Assembly: GCA_041492755.1 (NCBI GenBank)
Contig: JBGPXN010000136.1
Span: 1-12,393 of the forward strand
DNA from: Candidatus Methylomirabilia bacterium
Lineage (GTDB): Bacteria; Methylomirabilota; Methylomirabilia; Rokubacteriales; CSP1-6
Length of the DNA: 12,393 bases
Direction of reading: 5' to 3'
In this document: piece after piece, positions 1-5,986 of the stretch
How positions within the stretch are numbered: the stretch's first letter is position 1
How the letters are laid out: each line of letters begins with the position of its first letter
Program-made: the position numbers and the translations under genes
The notes under the pieces: generated by a model
What the model was told of the DNA's origin: nothing
Databases searched by the model: none
The model's input: the letters and a program-made list of their open reading frames with translations, nothing else

Positions 1-1
1 C

Positions 2-148
2 AACATCACAGCCTACTACCGAATTCAGGGACCGCATCTCGTCATCGAGTACGCGCCTCAGCGGCTGGGCGGCGATCCCTCTATGCATGTCCATACCATG
101 TACCGCGATCCGACAAATGACTACGGCCGGAGGCTCACGGCAAAATGA
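2..148 (+). CDS. 3' end (5'-truncated by window edge) of a DUF3500-domain protein
   Basis: Not in the ORF track. Reading from base 2 gives NITAYYRIQGPHLVIEYAPQRLGGDPSMHVHTMYRDPTNDYGRRLTAK*. YYRIQGP..LIEY and HxHxxxRDPxNDYG match the C-terminal motifs I recall for DUF3500. The stop TGA (146-148) overlaps the next ATG (145-147). Confidence 0.8.
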   Translation, partial: NITAYYRIQGPHLVIEYAPQRLGGDPSMHVHTMYRDPTNDYGRRLTAK

Positions 149-831
149 AAACGAGACTGGCTGCCGCTGGCGCCATTCTTCTGTTGGTCGGAACATCTGC
201 CTCCGCGCACAGGCTGGATGAGTATCTGCAGGCCACAACTATCTCGGTGGAGAAAGATCGTGTTCAGGCGCAGATTCGTCTGACCCCAGGCGTTGCGGTG
301 TTCCCCATCGTGCTTGCAAACATTGATACCGATGCGGACGGAGTCATCTCAGAAGCCGAGCAGCGGGCTTACGCGGAGCGGGTGCTTGGCGATTTGTCGC
401 TCACGATTGACGGTGATCGATTGCGGCTCCGGCTGGTCTCGTTGAAGTTTGCAAAGATCGAAGAGATGAAAGAAGGACTCGGCGAGATTCAACTCGAGTT
501 CGATGCGGATGTGCCCAGCGGCGGCCCCAACCGAAGCCTCACTTTCGAAAACCAACACCAAAGTCGGATTGCGGCCTATCTTGTAAATTGTCTGGTCCCG
601 CGCGATCCTGGTATTCGGATCACAGCGCAGAACCGAAATTACCAGCAGTCATTCTATCAATTGGACTACATGCAGGCCGACGTTCGCTCAGGCCCGCAGT
701 CTTCCGCCTGGTGGTCAAGTTCCCGCGGGTGGCTGGGAGCCGCTGCACTTCTCCTGTTGGCAGGGTTCGGATTCGTATGGCGGCGCGCCAGAGTTGCGAA
801 TGATGCGATAGCGCAAAAAAATAGAACATGA
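145..831 (+). CDS. Secreted, C-terminally anchored protein resembling the soluble N-terminal domain of HupE/UreJ-type proteins
   Basis: 228 aa. Sec signal peptide ending ASA|H gives a mature N-terminal His (HRLDEYLQAT). EF-hand-like loop DTDADGVISEAE (aa 61-72). One C-terminal hydrophobic helix followed by WRRAR. ATGA overlaps at both ends. The family link is from memory. Confidence 0.7.
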   Translation: MKTRLAAAGAILLLVGTSASAHRLDEYLQATTISVEKDRVQAQIRLTPGVAVFPIVLANIDTDADGVISEAEQRAYAERVLGDLSLTIDGDRLRLRLVSLKFAKIEEMKEGLGEIQLEFDADVPSGGPNRSLTFENQHQSRIAAYLVNCLVPRDPGIRITAQNRNYQQSFYQLDYMQADVRSGPQSSAWWSSSRGWLGAAALLLLAGFGFVWRRARVANDAIAQKNRT

Positions 832-1322
832 GCAACTCAGCGAAGTTGATTTTCTTGTGCGGCAAAATGGCGGCAGGAAAGTCCACGCTCGCGAGAGATT
901 TGGCCCAGCGAGAAAATGCCGTTCTCCTTGTTCAGGACGAGTTCTTGGATCGCCTATTTCCTGGCGAGATCACTGATATAGCGGGATTCGTCAAGTGCTC
1001 TTCCCGATTGAAGAACGCGCTTGGGCCACACGTTTGTGCTCTCTTGTCGAAGGGCATCTCCGTCGTACTCGACTTCCCTGGCAATACAAAAGCGCAGCGT
1101 GCCTGGTTCCGTGAGCTGTTCGAGCGCGCCAATGCTGAGCATGAATTGCACTTTGTAGATGCGTCAGATGCTTTGTGCAAAAGTCAGCTTAAGGAGCGAA
1201 GTAAGGATTTACCTGCAGGCACTCCCTGGACCACGGATGCGGAGTTCGAAGCCATCACTGTGTATTTTCAGCCTCCATCAGAGGATGAGAGGTTCAATGT
1301 CGTCCGTCATGAGCGCGCCTAA
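828..1322 (+). CDS. Small P-loop NTPase / predicted kinase (AAA_33-like ATP-binding protein)
   Basis: 164 aa. Walker A GKMAAGKST after the hydrophobic strand LIFLC, Walker-B-like SVVLDF, lid-like LKERS. The stop TAA lies inside an RYYYAAC motif (GCCTAAC), typical of integron cassette genes. Confidence 0.85.
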   Translation: MSNSAKLIFLCGKMAAGKSTLARDLAQRENAVLLVQDEFLDRLFPGEITDIAGFVKCSSRLKNALGPHVCALLSKGISVVLDFPGNTKAQRAWFRELFERANAEHELHFVDASDALCKSQLKERSKDLPAGTPWTTDAEFEAITVYFQPPSEDERFNVVRHERA

Positions 1323-1335
1323 CAACACGTTGGGC
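1317..1335 (+). mobile_element. Collapsed integron attC-like site (R'' + 5-nt spacer joined directly to a core site)
   Basis: GCCTAAC (1317-1323, RYYYAAC) - AACAC - GTTGGGC (1329-1335, GTTRRRY). The first 15 nt match the second site (GCCCAACATCACGTT, 1909-1923) at 13/15. Confidence 0.7.
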
Positions 1336-1363
1336 CGACGGAGTCCGGCCGGCAAGCAGGAGG

Positions 1364-1369
1364 TAGAAT
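1364..1369 (+). promoter_or_regulatory. Putative sigma70 -10 box of the TA operon (possibly leaderless)
   Basis: TAGAAT (5/6 to TATAAT), 7 nt before ATG 1377. A GGAGG at 1359-1363 is 13 nt from the ATG. No clear -35. Confidence 0.5.
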
Positions 1370-1376
1370 CTAGCTC

Positions 1377-1601
1377 ATGAGCATCAACGATATCGAGGCC
1401 GAAGCCCTCAAGCTCGATCCGCAGGCGCGGGCGCGGTTGGCCAAGAAGCTCCTTGAGAGCCTGGAAACGCTGTCAGACGAGGAGAATGAGCGCCTCTGGG
1501 CGGAGGAAGCTGATCGGCGCGACGCCGCTTGGGACTCGACGCCGGGCTCTGGCCGGCCAGCCGGCGACGTTCTTCGGGACGCTCGGGCCAAGCTGAAATG
1601 A
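1377..1601 (+). CDS. Addiction-module antitoxin (Unstab_antitox / TIGR02574-like)
   Basis: 74 aa acidic protein with ALKLDPQARARLAKKLLESL and WAEEADRR motifs, directly upstream of a RelE/ParE toxin. Confidence 0.88.
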   Translation: MSINDIEAEALKLDPQARARLAKKLLESLETLSDEENERLWAEEADRRDAAWDSTPGSGRPAGDVLRDARAKLK

Positions 1602-1895
1602 ATGGATCGACCCGAGTTTCACCGACTCGCCGAGCACGAACTGAACGAGGCGGCGCAGTACTACGACCTTGAGGAGCCCGGACTCGGCTCCTCCTTCCTC
1701 GAGGAGGTCGATCGGTGCCTCGAGTCCATCGAAGCTCATCCCGAAGCCGGATCGATTCTCCGTGGGTCGGTCCGTCGTCGCCTTCTCCGCCGATTTCCTT
1801 ACGCGCTCCTGTACAAGATCAAGCCGAATGGCATCCGGATTCTCGCGGTGATGAATCTCAAGCGGCGTCCCATGTACTGGGTCGGCCGCGAGTGA
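1602..1895 (+). CDS. Type II toxin, RelE/ParE family
   Basis: 97 aa with FHRLAEHELNEAAQYY, PGLGSSF, RRRLLRRFPYALLY and IRILAVMNLKRRPMYW motifs. Starts immediately after the antitoxin stop. Confidence 0.9.
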   Translation: MDRPEFHRLAEHELNEAAQYYDLEEPGLGSSFLEEVDRCLESIEAHPEAGSILRGSVRRRLLRRFPYALLYKIKPNGIRILAVMNLKRRPMYWVGRE

Positions 1896-1908
1896 CGGCG
1901 CCAGGGCG

Positions 1909-1982
1909 GCCCAACATCACGTTCGACCGGACCGCTGGCTCGCATTCGCTCGCCGCGGCTGGTCCCCTAAAAGACGTTGCCA
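1909..1982 (+). mobile_element. attC-like site with intact left half and degenerate right end
   Basis: R'' GCCCAAC (1909-1915), 5-nt spacer, L''-like GTTCGACC (1921-1928). Stem: GACCGG/CTGGTC (1925-1930/1959-1964), unpaired A1931, CCGC/GCGG, GGC/GCC. The expected L' GGTCAAC reads GGTCCCC, and the nearest GTT (GTTGCCA 1976-1982) is off-consensus and mis-spaced. Confidence 0.7.
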
Positions 1983-2015
1983 CGCCGGTACCGATCGCGA
2001 GAGCCGCGGGATCGG

Positions 2016-2024
2016 TGCTACCCT
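2016..2024 (+). promoter_or_regulatory. Putative extended -10 promoter of the hydantoinase operon (leaderless)
   Basis: TGCTACCCT = TGnTAnnnT, 8 nt before ATG 2033. No Shine-Dalgarno in between (CCTGATCC). Confidence 0.45.
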
Positions 2025-2032
2025 CCTGATCC

Positions 2033-4132
2033 ATGAGCTTCCGGGTCGGCATCGACATCGGTGGGACGTTCACCGACATCGTGTTCCTCGACGCCGAGGG
2101 GCGGCTCCACGTCAAGAAAGTGTCCTCGAGCGTGGAGGACTACGCGCGCGCCATCGTCGACGGGCTGCGCGAGGTGTTCGAGGAGACCGGTCTCTCCGGG
2201 CGTGACGTCGCCGAGGTGCTGCACGGCACCACGGTCGCCTCCAACGCCATCCTCGAGCTCAAGGGCGCCCGCACCGGACTCATCACGACCAAGGGCTTCC
2301 GCGACGTGCTGGAGATCCGTCATCTGAGGATGCCGCGCCTGTACGACCTGACCTGGGAGAAGCCGCCGGCGCTGGTCGAGCGCCGGCGGCGCGTGGAGGT
2401 GAACGAGCGGATCAACGCCCAGGGCGAGGTGCTGCGGCCCCTGGACGACGCGGAGGTCGAGCGCGCGCTCGATCGGCTCCTCGGCGAAGGGATCGAGGCA
2501 CTCGCCGTCTGTCTGCTGAACAGCTACGCCAATCCCGTCCACGAGGAGCGCATCAAGGCGATCGTGCGATCTCGCGCGCCGCAGCTGCCCCTCTGCATCA
2601 GCGCGGACGTGTTGCCGGAGATCAGGGAGTACGAGCGGACGTCGACGACGGTCATCAACACCTACGTCCTCCCGATCGTGGGTCGCTACCTGGCGACGCT
2701 ACGCGCCGGGCTCGATGCGATCGCCGTCCGCGCCCCCCTGCTCATCATGCAGTCCAACGGGGGGCTCATGACCTCGACCGCCGCGGCGGCGAAACCCATG
2801 CACATCATCGAGTCGGGGCCGGCGGCCGGCGTCGTGGGCGCGCAGGCGCTGGCGCGGCGCATCGGGCTCGGCAAGCTGATCACCTTCGACATGGGCGGCA
2901 CCACGGCCAAGGCCTCGCTGGTGGAGGACGGCGCGGTGAGCCGCGCGACGGAGTACCAGGTCGGCGGCGGCATCATGCACGGATCGCGATTGCTCTCGGG
3001 GGCCGGCTACCTGCTGCGCGTGCCCGCCATCGACCTGGCCGAGGTCGGCGCGGGCGGGGGATCGATCGTGTGGCTCGACGCCGGCGGCGCCCTTCAAGTC
3101 GGGCCGCGCAGCGCGGGCGCCTTCCCGGGGCCGCTCTGCTACGACTTCGGCGGCACAGAGGCGACCGTCACCGACGCCAACGTGATCCTCGGGTACCTGA
3201 ACCCGATGGCGCTCGCCGGCGGCGCGGTGAAGCTCAACGCCGCGCGCTCCCACGACGTGTTCCGGGCGACGATCGCGGACCGGCTCGGCCTCTCCCTGGA
3301 AGACGCCGCGTACGGAGCCCACCTGATCGCGGCATCGAACATGATGCGCGCGATCAAGGCGGTGTCGAGCGAGCGCGGGCGTGATCCGCGCGAGTACGCG
3401 CTCTTCGCGTTCGGCGGCAACGGGCCGCTGTTCGCGGCCGGCATGGCGCGCGCGCTCGAGATGACCCGGGTGATCGTGCCGCCCGCGCCCGGCCTCTTCT
3501 CCGCCTTCGGCCTGCTCTACTCCGAGATCGAGCACCACGACGTCCGGACCTGGCGCCGGCGGACGCGCGGGCTCGACCCGGCCGAGCTGGGCGAAGTCTT
3601 CGCGCGCATGGAGCGGGAGGCGCTGGCCCAGCTCGCGGCCGAAGGGTTCACGGGTGCCGCCGCGCGGATCTCCCGCTCGGCGGACTGCCGCTACCAGGGT
3701 CAGTCGTTCGAGCTGACGGTGCCCGTCGCGGCGGGCGCCGTGGACCGGGTCGCGGTCGCCACGCTGGAGGAAGCGTTCGGCCGCGAGCACGAGCGCACCT
3801 ACGGCCACCGTGCGGGTCCCGACGAGCCCGTGGAGATCGTGAGCCTGCGCGTGATCGGCCAGGGCGTGGCGGATCGGCCGCGCGTGCCCTCGCGCGTGCA
3901 GATCGCGCGGGGCGAGAGCGCGGCGGGAACGACCCGGCGCGTGTACTTCGGGCCCGACGAGGGCTGGATCACGACGCCCATCCTGGGCCGCGCCGACCTC
4001 GTCACGCCGCGCGAGGGACCCGCCGTGATCGAGGAGTACGACGCCACCTGCGTGGTCCCGCCGGGCGCGCGGGCCTGGCTCGACGAGTCGGGCAACATCG
4101 TGATGGAGCTCCGAGCCGAAGCGAGCACCTGA
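2033..4132 (+). CDS. hyuA: Hydantoinase/oxoprolinase family, ATP-binding subunit A (N-methylhydantoinase A-like)
   Basis: 699 aa with GIDIGGTFTD, HGTTVASNAILE, EIREYERTSTTV, MQSNGG, ESGPAAG, DMGGTTAK, GAGGGSI, GPRSAGAFPGP and RYQGQSFEL. Symbol is family-level; substrate unknown. Confidence 0.93.
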   Translation: MSFRVGIDIGGTFTDIVFLDAEGRLHVKKVSSSVEDYARAIVDGLREVFEETGLSGRDVAEVLHGTTVASNAILELKGARTGLITTKGFRDVLEIRHLRMPRLYDLTWEKPPALVERRRRVEVNERINAQGEVLRPLDDAEVERALDRLLGEGIEALAVCLLNSYANPVHEERIKAIVRSRAPQLPLCISADVLPEIREYERTSTTVINTYVLPIVGRYLATLRAGLDAIAVRAPLLIMQSNGGLMTSTAAAAKPMHIIESGPAAGVVGAQALARRIGLGKLITFDMGGTTAKASLVEDGAVSRATEYQVGGGIMHGSRLLSGAGYLLRVPAIDLAEVGAGGGSIVWLDAGGALQVGPRSAGAFPGPLCYDFGGTEATVTDANVILGYLNPMALAGGAVKLNAARSHDVFRATIADRLGLSLEDAAYGAHLIAASNMMRAIKAVSSERGRDPREYALFAFGGNGPLFAAGMARALEMTRVIVPPAPGLFSAFGLLYSEIEHHDVRTWRRRTRGLDPAELGEVFARMEREALAQLAAEGFTGAAARISRSADCRYQGQSFELTVPVAAGAVDRVAVATLEEAFGREHERTYGHRAGPDEPVEIVSLRVIGQGVADRPRVPSRVQIARGESAAGTTRRVYFGPDEGWITTPILGRADLVTPREGPAVIEEYDATCVVPPGARAWLDESGNIVMELRAEAST

Positions 4133-4137
4133 GCGCT

Positions 4138-4187
4138 CCGAAGGGAAACGAGGATCCGAGATGCGCCGAGCGGAAACGCGGATCTGA
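4138..4187 (+). repeat. Imperfect 22-nt direct repeat, 28-nt period, in the A-B intergenic region
   Basis: CCGAAGGGAAACGAGGATCCGA (4138-4159) vs CCGAGCGGAAACGCGGATCTGA (4166-4187), 18/22 identical. Confidence 0.6.
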
Positions 4188-5953
4188 TGGCCGTCCCGAT
4201 GCGTGATCCGATCGGGTTCGAGCTGTTCAAGAACACGCTGCTGTCCATCGCCGACGAGATGGCCCTGACCATCCTGCGCACGGCGTACTCCGGCGTGCTC
4301 AAGGACAACATGGACTACTCGACGGCGTTCTGCGACGCCGGCGGCAAGACGGTGGCCCAGGGGCTCACCCTGCCCGCGCACCTCTCGTCGTTCCCCGACG
4401 CGCTCGCCGCGACGATCAAGCGCTACGGCGACCGCATGCGGCCGGGCGACGTCTACGCGCTGAACGATCCGTTCGAGGGCGGCATGCACCTGCCCGACGT
4501 GTTCATCCTCAAGCCGATCTTCCACGAGGGCGAGCGGGTCGCCTTCGCGGCGACCATCTGCCACCAGACCGACATGGGCGGGCGCGTGGCCGGCTCCAAC
4601 GCGTCCGATTCCACCGAGATCTTTCAGGAAGGGCTCCGCATCCCGCCCGTGAAGATGTACGACGCCGGCGAGCCCAACGAGACGCTGTTCCGGCTCATCG
4701 AGAAGAACGTGCGCCTGCCCGTGCGCGTGTTCGGCGACATGCGCGCGCAGCTCGCGGCCTGCCACATCGCGGAGGAGGCGTTCCACCGCCTGGTGGCCAA
4801 GCACGGCGTGAAGTACGTCGTCACCACCATGCAGGAGATCGTCGACTACACGGAGCGCGTGACGCGCGCGGCGCTCGTCGACTTGCCCGACGGACAGTGG
4901 AGCTTCACCGACTACATCGACGACGACGGCATCGAGTTCGGCAAGCCCATCCCGCTCACCGTGACGATCACGAAGCGCGCCGACCACATGGTGTGCGACT
5001 GGACAGGGACGTCACCACAGGTGAAGGGCGCGATCAACAACACGTACTCGTTCACGCGCGCGGCCACCTACACCGCGCTCAAGTCCGTCCTGCCCGGCGA
5101 GATCCTGTGCAACGCGGGCTTCTACCGCCCGATCGAGGTGATCGCGCCGCCCGGCACCATCGCCAACGCGGTGCCGCCGGCGGCGTGCGCGGCGCGGGGC
5201 CTCACCGGGTTCCGCATGCTCGACACCGTGTTCGGCGCGCTGGCCCAGATGCTGCCCGACCGCGTGCTCGCGGCGTCCGAGGGCGGCAACACCGGCGTGT
5301 CCATCGGCGGCTACTACCCTGACCGCACCCCGTTCATCTTCGTCGAGTTCATCTGCTCGGCGTGGGGCGGCCGGCCGTGGGCCGACGGGCTCGACGGCAA
5401 CGCCAACCTGTTCGCGAACATGTCGCTGCCCTCGGCGGAGGTCACGGAAACGGAGCAGCCGCTGGAGATCCTGTGCTCGGAGCTGATCCAGGACGTCGGC
5501 GGCCCGGGCCAGCACCGCGGCGGCCTCTCGATCCGCCGCGCGTACCGGCTGCTCGAGGACGAGGCGGTCCTCCAGGTCCGCGCCGACCGCAAGACGTTCC
5601 GGCCCTACGGCCTCTACGGCGGCTCGCCCGGCAAGCCATCGCGCAACCTGCTGACCTCCGGAGGCCGGGAGCGCGAGCTGACCGCCAAGGTCACGATGAC
5701 GATGCGCAAGGGCGACGTCTTCGTCCACGAGCAGCCCGGTCCCGGCGGCTGGGGCGATCCGCTCGAGCGCGATCCGGCCCGCGTGCTGCGCGACGTCACC
5801 AACGAGCTCGTCAGCGTCGAATCGGCGCGCGACGACTACGGCGTCGCCGTCGACCCCGCCACGCTGACCGTCGACCAGGCGGCCACGGCTCGCCGGCGGG
5901 CGGAGCTGCGATCGTCGCGAGGCTGGGAGACGCCGCCCGTCTTCAGCCGCTGA
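4187..5953 (+). CDS. hyuB: Hydantoinase B/oxoprolinase family, catalytic subunit B
   Basis: 588 aa (alternative start ATG 4199) with RTAYS, DYSTA, PAHL, NDPFEGGMHLPD, CHQTDMGG, EIFQEGLRIPP, GGPGQHRGG and GGWGDPLERDP. Putative metal ligands are present. Symbol is family-level. Confidence 0.93.
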   Translation: MAVPMRDPIGFELFKNTLLSIADEMALTILRTAYSGVLKDNMDYSTAFCDAGGKTVAQGLTLPAHLSSFPDALAATIKRYGDRMRPGDVYALNDPFEGGMHLPDVFILKPIFHEGERVAFAATICHQTDMGGRVAGSNASDSTEIFQEGLRIPPVKMYDAGEPNETLFRLIEKNVRLPVRVFGDMRAQLAACHIAEEAFHRLVAKHGVKYVVTTMQEIVDYTERVTRAALVDLPDGQWSFTDYIDDDGIEFGKPIPLTVTITKRADHMVCDWTGTSPQVKGAINNTYSFTRAATYTALKSVLPGEILCNAGFYRPIEVIAPPGTIANAVPPAACAARGLTGFRMLDTVFGALAQMLPDRVLAASEGGNTGVSIGGYYPDRTPFIFVEFICSAWGGRPWADGLDGNANLFANMSLPSAEVTETEQPLEILCSELIQDVGGPGQHRGGLSIRRAYRLLEDEAVLQVRADRKTFRPYGLYGGSPGKPSRNLLTSGGRERELTAKVTMTMRKGDVFVHEQPGPGGWGDPLERDPARVLRDVTNELVSVESARDDYGVAVDPATLTVDQAATARRRAELRSSRGWETPPVFSR

Positions 5954-5986
5954 CCCGACCGACGCCGCGGGCGGTTCCCTCCGCGC

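Larger units (their letters stand above)
1329..1964 (+). mobile_element. Integron gene cassette carrying a toxin-antitoxin pair
   Basis: Starts with GTTGGGCCG (1329-1337). Its exact reverse complement CGGCCCAAC (1907-1915) follows the toxin gene and opens an attC-like stem-loop. Complementary R'/R'' ends are the hallmark of a cassette that can circularise. Confidence 0.72.

Noticed and set aside
1..9. CAACATCAC identical to 1912-1920 of the attC-like site
   Set aside because: It lies in the DUF3500 reading frame (N-I-T), is followed by AGCC rather than GTT and has no hairpin; probably chance.
756..800. Search for a core site (expected GTTAGGC) starting the ATPase cassette
   Set aside because: Only off-consensus GTT words (GTTGGCA, GTTCGGA, GTTGCGA) inside the upstream CDS; no left boundary can be called.
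815..821. A7 run as a slippage site fusing the surface protein to the ATPase
   Set aside because: The shift into the ATPase frame meets TAG at 822-824 immediately, so no fusion is possible.
4129..4190. CTGA...GAAA words reminiscent of a hammerhead ribozyme core
   Set aside because: The core needs CUGAnGA; the sequence has CTGAGCG and CTGATGG, and the required stems are not evident.
2699..4987. 762-aa minus-strand ORF and other long antisense/alternate-frame ORFs (7549-9423, 9748-11607, 6705-7841, 5012-5728, 11538-12374)
   Set aside because: Shadow ORFs of high-GC genes: they overlap well-supported CDSs and have no recognisable motifs.
5954..5986. Possible bidirectional terminator between the convergent hydantoinase B and NYN genes
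   Set aside because: Only a short CGCGG/CCGCG stem with no U-tract on either strand; not supportable at this GC.
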